This document shows, piece after piece, positions 1 through 10,292 of a stretch of DNA of 64,000 nt. The translations under genes were made by a program, and so were the position numbers. The stretch lies in the IMG/VR virus record IMGVR_UViG_3300036857_000120; one strand, written 5' to 3'. The stretch is from an uncultured virus (IMG/VR IMGVR_UViG_3300036857_000120). Taxonomy: Duplodnaviria > Heunggongvirae > Uroviricota > Caudoviricetes. The notes below the pieces were generated by a model that made no database searches, had not been told where the DNA came from, and saw only the letters and a program-made list of their open reading frames with translations. Position 1 is the first letter of the stretch. Each line of letters begins with the position of its first letter.

Positions 1-347
1 AGGGATTCCCGGGCAATCTCTTGTCGCAAATCGCGCAGCTCAACGCGGCGCTCGACAGCGATGACGCGGGCCTCCTGATTCATCCGTTGATCGGATCGAT
101 GCTCGTCATGTGCGAGCGATGGTCCTACGCCGACAGTCGCGACAAGGGCGGATATATTCAATACGACATGCAATTCGTCGAGGCCGGATCGCCCGCGCTC
201 GTCGGCATGTCGGACTCCGGGAGCGCGCTCGACGGGCAAGCCAGCGCGGCGGAGGAGACGGGCGTCTCCTCGATCAATAATGCGACGGAGTTGTCGCAAC
301 CCGGGAACATCGCCGGACTAGACCGCACGCCAGGGACACCGGATTAA
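1..347 (+). CDS. Mu-like DNA circularization protein, N-terminal domain (5' partial)
   Basis: LIHP..G..V.C..WS..DSRDKGGY..YDM.FVEAG pattern; precedes baseplate genes. Confidence 0.75.
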   Translation, partial: GFPGNLLSQIAQLNAALDSDDAGLLIHPLIGSMLVMCERWSYADSRDKGGYIQYDMQFVEAGSPALVGMSDSGSALDGQASAAEETGVSSINNATELSQPGNIAGLDRTPGTPD

Positions 348-1067
348 ATGGCCGTCATCGATCCGCATCTCGCGAAAATCTATCCGGCGAAAACGCCAGC
401 GAAAACGGTCCTCAATGAGATCGAGGGGATCGTGTATCGCTCGACCGCAGAGCTCATGGCGTTCGGGAGCGGGATCGGTCGAGCGGCGTCATCATTGCGA
501 GCGGCTGTCGGCGACGTGCGCGCGCATATCAACAAATACGTCGCCGACGGATCATTCGGTCGACGTCTCGTCCAGTGCTATCGGCTCGCGACCGAGGCGG
601 GGATCTCCGTCAATTGGATGGACAACGTCCTAAAGCAACTCATGAGCGAGAAGCCGAAGACGCTCCCCGCGGTCCTCGTCGTCCAGGCAAGTATTCTATT
701 CGCGCTGGCACAGGACGGCCGGATCATCCGGCGGACGGAATTCGTCTCGCGCACCGACGTCGACAATATGCTTGTCAAAATGAAAAATTGGTTCGACGTC
801 GCCAAGATGCTCGCGAGCGAACAGAGGGACAATCCGATCTATAACCAGATCGTCGCACTCGGCGGCGCGATCACGCGCTATCTCGCCGATACCGCAAGGC
901 CGCTCCCGCGCATGCTGACCTACACGTTCGAGCCATCGCCGGCGCTCAAGGTCGCATGGTCGATCTATTACGAGGACGATCACTCGGAGGATATCATCGC
1001 CGAGAATAAGGTCGTCCATCCCGCATTCTGTCCGATCAATCTCCGCGCATTGAGTCCGCCGACGTAG
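348..1067 (+). CDS. DNA circularization protein, C-terminal-domain-like
   Basis: C-terminal PALKVAWSIYYE...DIIAENKVVHPAFCP motif. Confidence 0.65.
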   Translation: MAVIDPHLAKIYPAKTPAKTVLNEIEGIVYRSTAELMAFGSGIGRAASSLRAAVGDVRAHINKYVADGSFGRRLVQCYRLATEAGISVNWMDNVLKQLMSEKPKTLPAVLVVQASILFALAQDGRIIRRTEFVSRTDVDNMLVKMKNWFDVAKMLASEQRDNPIYNQIVALGGAITRYLADTARPLPRMLTYTFEPSPALKVAWSIYYEDDHSEDIIAENKVVHPAFCPINLRALSPPT

Positions 1068-1071
1068 TGTC

Positions 1072-2265
1072 ATGCCGTTCAAGCAATCCGAGATCGCCGA
1101 GATCACCGTCAACGGGAAAAAATATCGCGACTGGCAATCGGTCCTGGTCCGCGACGAGGAGATGGCGTCGTCGGATTTCTTCAAATTCACTTGCTCCGAG
1201 GGCAAGCCGCTCTCGAAAAATTGGGCCGACATTCGCATCCGCCCGGGCGACCATTGCACCATCACGCTCGCGGGCCAGCTAGTGATTACCGGCTTCGTCG
1301 AGACCCGCCAGGTCGCCTATACCGGGACCGCACACGGCATAGAGATATCCGGACACTCGTTCACGCGCGCGCTCTCCTACGGCGCGGCGCAGACGAAGAC
1401 CGGGGAGATGAAGAATAAAAGCTATACCGAGATCGCGAACGAGATCACCAAACCGTTCGGGATCAAATTCAAACCAATCGGAAATGTCAGCCAGAAGAAA
1501 TTCGAGCGCGTGCATATCCCTCCGGGCCAGACCGCATGGGAGCTCCTCGAGACTCTGGCGCGCCAGCGCAACATCGTTCTCGGATCTGACACCGCGGGCA
1601 ATCTCACCGGCCGGACGATGTGGATGCCGGGAGGCGATGCATTGATCGAGGGCAAAAATATTCTCGAGGGCCGCGAGGTCATGTCGATCAACGGCGGCGG
1701 CGCGAACGGCGGCGACGACAATGACGCGCATCCCAACAATTACGGATCGAGCCAGCAACCCGGGACCGATGATCGATGGGCGCACAAGGCGGCGCAAGCG
1801 CCGGTCACGAAGACGAGCAACAACACGCTCGCCAAGATGGGCGGATCGAAAGGGGTCTATGCGCCGAAGCGTGTTCTCGCCGAGCATCCAAGCGATAAGG
1901 ATGATCTGCAAAAACGGATGCAGATGGAGGGCCAGCGCCAAGGGGCGGAGCAATTGGAGGTCACCATCGTCGTCCAGGGATGGCTAAAGCCGAGCGGCGG
2001 ATTGTGGAAGGCGGGCGACAAGGCGCACGTCAAATCGCCGATGTTGATCGTCGACGAGGAGTTGAAGATCATCAAAGTCGAGTTTACCCAGGACGACAAG
2101 CAGGGGACCCGGACGACCATCGATCTCGTGCGCGATACCGGCGAGGGCGACCAGGACGGCGACGGCAAGCATCCGCAGAATTACGATCCGCAAAGCGGGC
2201 AGTCGACGCCGGATGCGCCGCAAGGTGGTGATCCGAATCTCCCACCGCAAAGCTCACCAGCGTAA
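1072..2265 (+). CDS. Baseplate hub, Mu gpP/gp44-like
   Basis: ITVNGKKYRDWQSV, GQLVITGFVE, VQGW..PSGGLW motifs; synteny. Confidence 0.85.
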   Translation: MPFKQSEIAEITVNGKKYRDWQSVLVRDEEMASSDFFKFTCSEGKPLSKNWADIRIRPGDHCTITLAGQLVITGFVETRQVAYTGTAHGIEISGHSFTRALSYGAAQTKTGEMKNKSYTEIANEITKPFGIKFKPIGNVSQKKFERVHIPPGQTAWELLETLARQRNIVLGSDTAGNLTGRTMWMPGGDALIEGKNILEGREVMSINGGGANGGDDNDAHPNNYGSSQQPGTDDRWAHKAAQAPVTKTSNNTLAKMGGSKGVYAPKRVLAEHPSDKDDLQKRMQMEGQRQGAEQLEVTIVVQGWLKPSGGLWKAGDKAHVKSPMLIVDEELKIIKVEFTQDDKQGTRTTIDLVRDTGEGDQDGDGKHPQNYDPQSGQSTPDAPQGGDPNLPPQSSPA

Positions 2266-2279
2266 AGGGAGGAGGACGA

Positions 2280-3125
2280 ATGCGCTCGACAGTGATGGAC
2301 GCCGCGCGGCGCGTGCAAACGGTCGCCTCGCGGGCGACGCTCCGCAAGGCCGACGACAAGCATCTCTGGCAAGAGGTCGATATCGACGTCATGGCGTCGG
2401 AGACCCATACCGGGGTCGAGCGCGCGCAAGCCTATGGCTTCGGCGGGGTCCCGGCGAACCAGGACGAGGACGAGGACGACAAGCAGCAACAGGGCAAGGG
2501 CGGCAACGGCGGCGGCAAGGACGACAGCGCACAATTCGGCGAGCAACCGAAGGGCGACAGCGCCGAGCCCATCGTCCTCTATCTCAACGGATCGCGCTCG
2601 CATCCGGTCGTCATCTCCATCGATGATCGACGCCACCGGTTGAAGGAGCTCGAGGAGGGCGACGTCGCGCAATTCCGGTTGAAGGACGACCGCCAGCAAT
2701 TCCTCATGCACAAGGACGGGACCTATCTCTCGACGCGCCAGGACAAGGTCATGCGGATCGCGCTCGTGCCGAAGCCGCAGGACGATAGCGGTCAAAAACC
2801 CGGGCCGGTCCAGGCGCAACAGCAACAGAAAAAGAAAAAGGAATACGGGCAAAAGTCCGCGCGCGACGATAACAAAAAATCCGAGGTCGCAATCGAACAG
2901 AACGGGACGAGCACCTATTCGCGCCATGGCGAACATTACGCGACACAAAAGACCGGAAGCGACAGCACGATCCACACCGAACAGGACAAAAAGAAATCGG
3001 CGCAGTCGACCGAGAAGCACACGCATATCCGATTTGATGACCACCGGATTTATAACGACAAGGACGGCAACTGGTGGACGTCGCCCTGTCTCGTGAAAAA
3101 AGATCCGTATTGTAAGGAAGGATGA
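2280..3125 (+). CDS. Baseplate spike, Mu gp45/gpV-like
   Basis: ETHTGVERAQAYGF, GSRSHPVVI..DDRRHRLK.L.EGDVA; GGAGGAGG RBS. Confidence 0.85.
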   Translation: MRSTVMDAARRVQTVASRATLRKADDKHLWQEVDIDVMASETHTGVERAQAYGFGGVPANQDEDEDDKQQQGKGGNGGGKDDSAQFGEQPKGDSAEPIVLYLNGSRSHPVVISIDDRRHRLKELEEGDVAQFRLKDDRQQFLMHKDGTYLSTRQDKVMRIALVPKPQDDSGQKPGPVQAQQQQKKKKEYGQKSARDDNKKSEVAIEQNGTSTYSRHGEHYATQKTGSDSTIHTEQDKKKSAQSTEKHTHIRFDDHRIYNDKDGNWWTSPCLVKKDPYCKEG

Positions 3126-3131
3126 TCGTCC

Positions 3132-6100
3132 GTGCGATGGTGGCTCCACACCGATCCGCCGCATCTATTCTCGGTCGACAATGCGTCGGTCACGGGCATG
3201 GATTATTCCATGCTCGATCCGCTCCTCTACATGGTGCAATGGACCGAGGGAAAGGGAGAGATCGAATATCAGGTCGATCCGGATACGAATGAGAACGGAC
3301 TCCGCGAGGGATTTTACGACGTCACGCCATGGGTCTCATTCTTCGATCAATTCCTCGAACGCATTCCGCGGCTCACGCTCGATCAGGCAAAAAAGGTCAA
3401 GATCGATCTAATCAAACAATTGTTCGAGTCGAAGCGGCAAATGCCGTTCCACTATCCGATTGCAGCTGGGGATTATTGGTGGGACGCAACCGACGGATCA
3501 TTGTTCGCCTCGTCGGCGGGCGGCCTCCAGAATGCGACGATCAAAATTAATGAACTCGCGAACGCATTGAATGCGCTCGTCTCGAATATCAACAGTGTCG
3601 TCGTCGGCGGCGTCAACAGCGGGATCGTGCCCGTCGGCAATACGTTGATCGGCCAGGTCAACTCCATCGTCGTCCAGGAGGTCAATGCGACCGTCGTCAA
3701 CGGAGTCAATTCGGTCTTTTCCAATCTGGCGAGCAACATCAATAGCGGGATCACCTACAACGGAAATATGACCATCGGTCATATTAACACCGTGGTCATT
3801 GGAACGACCGGCGATACCTCAAACACCATTAACGCGAAATTACATTCCGGAACCTTCCCCATCGGAGAGGTTACCTATTTTTCGGCAATGCCAGGATTAT
3901 CAATCGGAGTCGATATGGCGAAGGTCCCATATACCTTCGCGGACGTCCCGGTCTATAGCGTCTCCTATATCAATTCGATTGCGCCGGGAAACTTTAGCAA
4001 TGTGAGCGCAATCTCCTGGACGAATATCGGTGGCGTCGTTCCCGCCAACGCGCAATGGATCCCCATCGGATCGACGGTCCCGGTCAACGTCACGCCCGAC
4101 GAGCAAACCGCAATCCTCAAAGGGATTGCCGAGCGGACAAACGAATTATTCATCGTCAAGAATCAGAAGATCAGCGAGGTCAACGCGCTCACGACAATCG
4201 ACGACGTCATCGCTTACGACGTGCTCGCCGATTGGCCGGATATCCCGATGCCTCCGGGCTTCAAGCTCGAGGGTCCGATCTCTGTTCTCGGCGGCGGATT
4301 GACGCTCGCGGGGACGCCACCGCCCGCGCCGGGAGGCGTGCCGGAGGCTCCGGTCAATGGTCTCTGGTACGCGCGCAAGGATGCCGCTTGGGCGGATATC
4401 GCGACGAATTTCGCGGAGCTCTCCGATCTCACCCCGCTCGCTCCGCTGGCCTCGCCGAACTTCACCGGCAATCCGCGCGCGCCGACGCCGACGGCAGGAG
4501 ATGCGGACACGTCCGTCGCGACGACGGCATTCGTCGCCAATGCGATCTCGACCGCGGGAGGATCATATCAACCGCTCGATCCGGACCTGACCTCGCTCGC
4601 GAATGCGAGCGCGACCAACGCGATCTATTACCGGTCGGGTCCGGATACGTGGTCGCCGGTCACGCTCGAGGCGGCCAGCATGGCGCTATCGAGCGGCACG
4701 TTGAGCGCGCTCGTCGAGGAGGCCGGGACGACCGGGATCGTGTACGGGCGACAGACCGGCGGATGGGCCAATCTCGGATTGATCTTCGCCACGCTCGACT
4801 CGCCGGTCCTGACCGGAGACCCGCGTGCGCCAACTCCGCCGACGACGGATAACGATACGTCGATTGCGACGACCGCCTACGTCAAAGCGAATCTCGCGAA
4901 CTATCAACCGCTCGATCCGGATCTCACGAGCATCGCCGGATATAACGGCGTCGGCGGATGGCTCTATCGCTCCGCGGCGGATACGTGGTCGCCAGTCGCC
5001 ATCGGGAGCGGCTTGACCTTCGTCAACGGAACGCTGGCGGCAATCGAAAGCGCGACGTCGGAATACAAATTCAGCACGTCGACGTCGCCTCCTCCGGCGA
5101 CCGGATATATCCGCACCAACAATGCGAGCGCAACTGCCGCGACGATCCTCTACATTCACAAGACCACGAATGCCGGGACCGATCTCGCGCGCTTCCTGGA
5201 GGACCTCGACGTCGGCTCGCAAATCTATGTCCAGGACAAGGACACGTCCGCATCGTTCGCGAAATTCGACGTCACCGGACCGGCGGTCGATCAGACCAGT
5301 TACTTTCAAGTCCCGGTCTCGAATACCGAGGTCGGCGGCACCGCGCTATCGAACAACACGACGGTCCTCCTCTATCTCACGCGCGGCGGCGCGGGCGGCG
5401 CTGGCGGCGGAGGGATCGCCGACGCGCCGGTCGACGGCGTGCGCTACGTCCGCCAGAATGCCGGATGGGTCAGCGGCGATGCGGCCTATGCATCGCTGGC
5501 CTCGCCGATCTTCACTGGAGATCCTCGAGCTCCTACGCCAGCGACGGCGGACAATGACACGTCCATCGCGACAACCGCATTCGTCAAGGCGCAAGGCTAT
5601 GTCACCGGCGGTCCATATCAGCCGCAGGACAGTGAGCTCACCGCGCTCGCGGGCCTGACCTCCGCGGCGGATCGGCTCCCCTATTTCAACGGGGCCGGGA
5701 CCGCGGCGCTCGCGACCTTCACGACGTTCGGCCGGTCACTGGTCGACGATGCCGACGCGGGCACGGCGCAGACGACGCTCGGGATCTCGACCTTCGTCAA
5801 AACGATCCTGGACGATGCCGACGCCGCGGCGGTCCGCACGACCATCGGCGCACAAGCGGCCGGGAACTATCAACCCCTGGACGGCGATCTCACCGCGCTC
5901 GCGGCGCTCACCGGGACGAATACGATCTACTACCGGTCCGGGACCGACGCATGGTCGAGCGTGACTATCGGGACCGGTCTCACGTTCTCGTCGGGGACGC
6001 TCTCGGCGACGGGCGGCGGCGGCGGAATTCCAGAACCAGGAGCGGATGGATTCTACGGGCGCAACATGGCGTCCGGGACGGGGTCATGGGTCTCGGCGGT

Positions 6101-6797
6101 CAAAAAGGCCGGCGACACGATGACCGGCGCGCTCGCGGTCACCCTCGACAGCGGCGTGACGACGGCAACCGTCACGACGGCGGCGAGTCAAGCGCGCTTC
6201 ATGGCGGGCGGGACGGCGGCCGACGTCGGCGTGTTCATGACGGCCAAGGGCAGTTCGGGAATCTATCTCTACAACGCCAGTTTCGCGCGCTCGGTCGCGC
6301 AATTCCTAAGCGCCGCGGGGAGCGATACCAGTTTTTGCGTTACGGCGTTCACTGGTTATACGCAACTCACCGCGGCACCAGCGGGCAAGCGGATCGATCT
6401 TCAAGGGACGTCCGCCGCGGACAACGCGCCCGCGGGCTTTGTCGGGGAATATCTGGAGACGCGGACAGCTAATGGATCGGCGTTCCCCGCGACGACATGG
6501 GCCAATGCGACGACGCTGGTATTGACCCCGGGTGATTGGGACGTCTGGGGTTTCGTCTCCTTCACCGGTCTCGTCTCGGGCTATTGCTGTTGCTCCATTT
6601 CGCCAACGTCGGGCGCTCCGAACGGCGCGCTTGGAGGGATGGGGCTTTACCATTCCTCGCCCAATGGCGACGGCTATTCGCAAGCGGGGCCGTATCGATT
6701 CTCGGTCGCGGCGAATACGACGGTCTATGTTCTCGCCTACACGCAAGCGGCATGTACGCTCGCGGCCTCGCATATCCGCGCACGACGGATCCGATAA
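3132..6797 (+). CDS. Tail fibre protein with chaperone-like N-terminal region
   Basis: Three SP.(F/L)TG.PRAPTP...D.DTS.ATTA(F/Y)V repeats, YQP.D.DLT repeats, AP.DG..Y.R motifs. Confidence 0.8.
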   Translation: MRWWLHTDPPHLFSVDNASVTGMDYSMLDPLLYMVQWTEGKGEIEYQVDPDTNENGLREGFYDVTPWVSFFDQFLERIPRLTLDQAKKVKIDLIKQLFESKRQMPFHYPIAAGDYWWDATDGSLFASSAGGLQNATIKINELANALNALVSNINSVVVGGVNSGIVPVGNTLIGQVNSIVVQEVNATVVNGVNSVFSNLASNINSGITYNGNMTIGHINTVVIGTTGDTSNTINAKLHSGTFPIGEVTYFSAMPGLSIGVDMAKVPYTFADVPVYSVSYINSIAPGNFSNVSAISWTNIGGVVPANAQWIPIGSTVPVNVTPDEQTAILKGIAERTNELFIVKNQKISEVNALTTIDDVIAYDVLADWPDIPMPPGFKLEGPISVLGGGLTLAGTPPPAPGGVPEAPVNGLWYARKDAAWADIATNFAELSDLTPLAPLASPNFTGNPRAPTPTAGDADTSVATTAFVANAISTAGGSYQPLDPDLTSLANASATNAIYYRSGPDTWSPVTLEAASMALSSGTLSALVEEAGTTGIVYGRQTGGWANLGLIFATLDSPVLTGDPRAPTPPTTDNDTSIATTAYVKANLANYQPLDPDLTSIAGYNGVGGWLYRSAADTWSPVAIGSGLTFVNGTLAAIESATSEYKFSTSTSPPPATGYIRTNNASATAATILYIHKTTNAGTDLARFLEDLDVGSQIYVQDKDTSASFAKFDVTGPAVDQTSYFQVPVSNTEVGGTALSNNTTVLLYLTRGGAGGAGGGGIADAPVDGVRYVRQNAGWVSGDAAYASLASPIFTGDPRAPTPATADNDTSIATTAFVKAQGYVTGGPYQPQDSELTALAGLTSAADRLPYFNGAGTAALATFTTFGRSLVDDADAGTAQTTLGISTFVKTILDDADAAAVRTTIGAQAAGNYQPLDGDLTALAALTGTNTIYYRSGTDAWSSVTIGTGLTFSSGTLSATGGGGGIPEPGADGFYGRNMASGTGSWVSAVKKAGDTMTGALAVTLDSGVTTATVTTAASQARFMAGGTAADVGVFMTAKGSSGIYLYNASFARSVAQFLSAAGSDTSFCVTAFTGYTQLTAAPAGKRIDLQGTSAADNAPAGFVGEYLETRTANGSAFPATTWANATTLVLTPGDWDVWGFVSFTGLVSGYCCCSISPTSGAPNGALGGMGLYHSSPNGDGYSQAGPYRFSVAANTTVYVLAYTQAACTLAASHIRARRIR

Positions 6798-6810
6798 GGG
6801 AGGGACGCCA

Positions 6811-7119
6811 ATGGCTTTGACCTATGACGAGACCAACGCGCTCATGAAAGACACGGTCTTTCGCGGTCGCGTGTCGGTCGCCTGCATCAACTACGCGCGG
6901 TATATCACCGACGAGGCGGCGAACACGCCCGCGCACAACACGCGCTATCGATGGGCGCAATCGACGTTGCAGCAACCGGAGGCCGCGGTGAACCAGGTCA
7001 TCCCGACAGTCGTGACCGATTCCGCGGTCCAGGACGCGGGCCTCGCCGATGGCACGTCGGCAATCACAGATCAGGATTTGCAAGCCGCGGTCGAGACCGC
7101 GGTTAACAAATTGCTCTAG
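6811..7119 (+). CDS. Hypothetical tail-associated protein
   Basis: GGGAGG RBS, 102 aa ORF directly after the fibre. Confidence 0.65.
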   Translation: MALTYDETNALMKDTVFRGRVSVACINYARYITDEAANTPAHNTRYRWAQSTLQQPEAAVNQVIPTVVTDSAVQDAGLADGTSAITDQDLQAAVETAVNKLL

Positions 7120-7135
7120 GCGCGGGGCGCGCATC

Positions 7136-7348
7136 ATGGGACAGGGCACGCGCGCGATCTGCGCCTATTGCGGGCTCGAGGCGCAATACGGATTCGAGCG
7201 CGTGTCCTACAAGGGCACGATTGAACAACGTACCGTCAACGGCGCGCTCGTCTTCGTTCACTTGCGATGCGAGGGCAATTATCGGATCAAGCAGATCGAC
7301 GACGCGATTCCATTGCCGACGCCGTATCAATCGGGGGCGACGCGATGA
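7136..7348 (+). CDS. Small hypothetical protein (CxxC...HxxC)
   Basis: ATGA overlap with next gene. Confidence 0.45.
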   Translation: MGQGTRAICAYCGLEAQYGFERVSYKGTIEQRTVNGALVFVHLRCEGNYRIKQIDDAIPLPTPYQSGATR

Positions 7349-7860
7349 CGGATATCAAACTCCGCAATACGACCTTCTATCTCGAAAATACTTTGATGGA
7401 TTGGGTCCAGATGCCGGATGGGACTCTGTCGGAGGAGGAGGAGCTCGCCACGGCAATCCGTCTCGCGGTCGGGACCGACGCGCTCGCGGGGCCGGATGAT
7501 TTTCTTCCGTGGGCGGTCGACGACGATAACGACCGCCGCGGATGGTGGGGCGATCACGAGGCCGAGGAGATCTGGAACGGCTGGCCGATCGGTTGCAAGC
7601 ATTGGCTCCTTCGGCGCGCGAAGATCACCGGCCCGGGCAATTGGGAAGGCGCGACGGTCGTGCGGGCCGAGAGCTATGTCCGCGCCGCGCTCCAGCCGTT
7701 CATTGATCGGCGCATCTGTTCCTCGATTGACGTCAAGGCGACGCGCATGGGGAAGGAGCGGATCGACGTCGAGGTCCGCGTCTATCGCGGACCGAAGACC
7801 GCCATCGAGCTTCGCTGGCAATATCTCTGGACCGAAATGGCGACGACGAGCGAGGTCTAA
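7345..7860 (+). CDS. Baseplate protein, Mu gp46-like
   Basis: D.RGWWGD and GCKHWLL.RAK motifs. Confidence 0.85.
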   Translation: MTDIKLRNTTFYLENTLMDWVQMPDGTLSEEEELATAIRLAVGTDALAGPDDFLPWAVDDDNDRRGWWGDHEAEEIWNGWPIGCKHWLLRRAKITGPGNWEGATVVRAESYVRAALQPFIDRRICSSIDVKATRMGKERIDVEVRVYRGPKTAIELRWQYLWTEMATTSEV

Positions 7861-7863
7861 GCC

Positions 7864-8955
7864 GTGCCCTGGACAACTCCCACTCTCCGCCAGGTCCGCG
7901 AGATGGTCCGCGATGACGTGACCGCCTCGCTCTATGGCGCGTCGTTCATCGGCAACAATGTCCTTCGCGTCATGTCCGACGCGATGGCGGGCCTCGCGCA
8001 TTTGACGTTGCGTTTTATCGATTGGCTCTCCCTCCAGCTATTGCCGTTGACCGCGGAGACCGAATGGCTGGACCGCCACGGCGATATCTGGCTCGTCAAC
8101 GCGGACGGCACCATCGGCCGCAAGATGGCGACCTATGCGGAGGGCTCCGCGAATTTCGTCGGCACGGTTGCGGGGATCATCATCCCGGCCGGGACGACGC
8201 TCGAGGGCGGCGCGGTCCGCGTCGGATACGAAACGCTGGAGGAGGCGGTCACAGCGGATAGCGAGGCTCCGGTCCCGATCCGCATCCGCGCGCTCGATCC
8301 TGGAGCGGACAGCAATCAGGAGGCGGGGACCGAGCTCACCGTTATCCCGTCACTGGTCAACGTCCAGGGCTTCGCCGAGGTAACGCTCCTCACTGGCGGC
8401 ACCGATACGGAGAATGACGACGATCTCCGCATGCGCGTTCTCCAGCGCATTCGGCAACCGCCGCACGGAGGAGCCGCGCACGATTATGTGCGATGGGCGC
8501 TCGCCGTCCCGGGATGCACGCGCGCATGGTGCGCGCCATTGGAGATGGGGATCGGGACCGTCACCGTGCGCGTCCTTTTCGACGTGTTGCGCGCCGACAA
8601 TGACGGCTGGCCGCGGGCCGAGGATCTCGAGGCCGTGACGGAATACATCGATACGCAACGGCCGGTCGCCATTAAGGACTTTTGGGTCCTCGCGCCGGTC
8701 AAGCAATGGGTCGACGTCAAGATCGCGAACCTCACGCCAAACGACGAGGACACGAAGGCGGCAATCGAGGCGAGCCTAAAACAAATGTTCTATGAACTCG
8801 CCGCGCCAGGTCAAACGATCTTCGCCTCATGGAAGGCGGCCGCGATCATGAACACTCCAGGCGTCGTGTCGTTCGATCTCGTCGGGTGGGGCGATGACGT
8901 GATGGAAAGTCCCGGGCATATGGGAGTCCTGGGGGATATCGTTTATGGCGTCTAA
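7864..8955 (+). CDS. Baseplate J-like protein (Mu gp47)
   Basis: GGTD.E.DDDLR.R.L.RIR.PP.GGA..DY..WA motif. Confidence 0.9.
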   Translation: MPWTTPTLRQVREMVRDDVTASLYGASFIGNNVLRVMSDAMAGLAHLTLRFIDWLSLQLLPLTAETEWLDRHGDIWLVNADGTIGRKMATYAEGSANFVGTVAGIIIPAGTTLEGGAVRVGYETLEEAVTADSEAPVPIRIRALDPGADSNQEAGTELTVIPSLVNVQGFAEVTLLTGGTDTENDDDLRMRVLQRIRQPPHGGAAHDYVRWALAVPGCTRAWCAPLEMGIGTVTVRVLFDVLRADNDGWPRAEDLEAVTEYIDTQRPVAIKDFWVLAPVKQWVDVKIANLTPNDEDTKAAIEASLKQMFYELAAPGQTIFASWKAAAIMNTPGVVSFDLVGWGDDVMESPGHMGVLGDIVYGV

Positions 8956-10273
8956 GCTCGCATATCCGGAGCGCGACCGACACGTCCGTCGCGGCGGGCG
9001 CGAGTATCTTGTCTCGTTCCTGAAGCTCCTCCCGCTCGGGATCGCGTGGCCGCGCAAGCGGGATAGCATTCTGGTTAAGACCTCTCGCGGCTTGACGAAC
9101 GTCTGGGGCTTCGTCGACGGGCGCGCCGCCGATCTCCTGGAGCGCGAGAGCGACCCGCGAAAGACCATCGAGCTCCTCCCCGATTGGGAAGCGTCATGGG
9201 GATTGCCCGACGTTTGCTTTCCTCCGGGCGTCCGGATCGACGAGACTTTCGGGCCGACCTATCTGTCGAACGAATGGCGATTTTTTAGCAACGCGACCGT
9301 GACGCCGCGGACGTCGCCGGAATTCTCCTCGCTCCTGGAGGACGACACCGACGGCGGTCATTTCATCCGACAGAACATCGCCGGTCTCCCGGCCGGGGAC
9401 TTGCGGGTCGCGATCACCTGGAGGCCGGTCGGATCCGATCCGCGCGGATTGATCGTGTCGGTCGAGTCGACGAAGACCTCGAGCGGCGCGAATATTTGGG
9501 TCAATCCGGACGGGACGGTCAACGTCGACGAGACGATCTCCTGGGGGACCGGCATATCGTTATCGAAGGCGAGCAATCGCGTCGTCGACGCCAGCGGGCC
9601 GACACCGCTCTATGTGGCGGAGTTTACGATCACCGTCACGATCCCGGGGATATTCGATCTATTCGGTCTCTATTGCGTCGCGGGCGAGGAGTCGAGCTAT
9701 CCCGGACTGGACGACGGGACCGGGATCGAATTCAAGGACCAAAGCCTCCGCGCGGTCTCCTACACGGAGACGCCGATAACGCAAAGCATCGCCGAGCGTC
9801 AAAAGATGCTCGTCCTCTATATGACGTGGCCGGGATATTCCCTGGTCGACGGCGTGCTCGTCGATTGGCGCAATAGCTCACAGTCGCGCGACTATTTCAT
9901 CTGGCTCATGAAGTTTATCGGATACGAGGTCGAGGACGGATACGTCGGGGAGTTTGCGCCGTTCATGGCGGGCGTCTCACAAGTCGGCGAGACGCGACCG
10001 CTCAAAGCCGACGGCACGCTCGACACCGCGAAGCTCTTTCGCTGGTATATCGGACCGCCAGAGCAACGATTCGCGTGGTACATCAATGTCGGATCGCGGG
10101 CCTATCATTGGTTCCGCGCGGGGAGCGGGCAAGCCGGAGTCGATCCGCATCTCCGCATCGGAGTCCCCGAAGACGTGCAATGTCTTTTGAATAGATGGAA
10201 GCCCGCACATACCGCGCTCGTGATGAACTTTAGCGACAGCGGGACCAGCGATCCCATGGCTGGCACGCCATGA
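8945..10273 (+). CDS. Mu gp48/DUF2313-like baseplate protein with large internal insertion
   Basis: LLP.G.AW, DPRKTIELLPDWE..WGLPD.C, C-terminal CLLNRWKPAHT. Confidence 0.8.
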   Translation: MASKLAYPERDRHVRRGGREYLVSFLKLLPLGIAWPRKRDSILVKTSRGLTNVWGFVDGRAADLLERESDPRKTIELLPDWEASWGLPDVCFPPGVRIDETFGPTYLSNEWRFFSNATVTPRTSPEFSSLLEDDTDGGHFIRQNIAGLPAGDLRVAITWRPVGSDPRGLIVSVESTKTSSGANIWVNPDGTVNVDETISWGTGISLSKASNRVVDASGPTPLYVAEFTITVTIPGIFDLFGLYCVAGEESSYPGLDDGTGIEFKDQSLRAVSYTETPITQSIAERQKMLVLYMTWPGYSLVDGVLVDWRNSSQSRDYFIWLMKFIGYEVEDGYVGEFAPFMAGVSQVGETRPLKADGTLDTAKLFRWYIGPPEQRFAWYINVGSRAYHWFRAGSGQAGVDPHLRIGVPEDVQCLLNRWKPAHTALVMNFSDSGTSDPMAGTP

Positions 10274-10292
10274 ACAGAACGGAGGGAGATCG

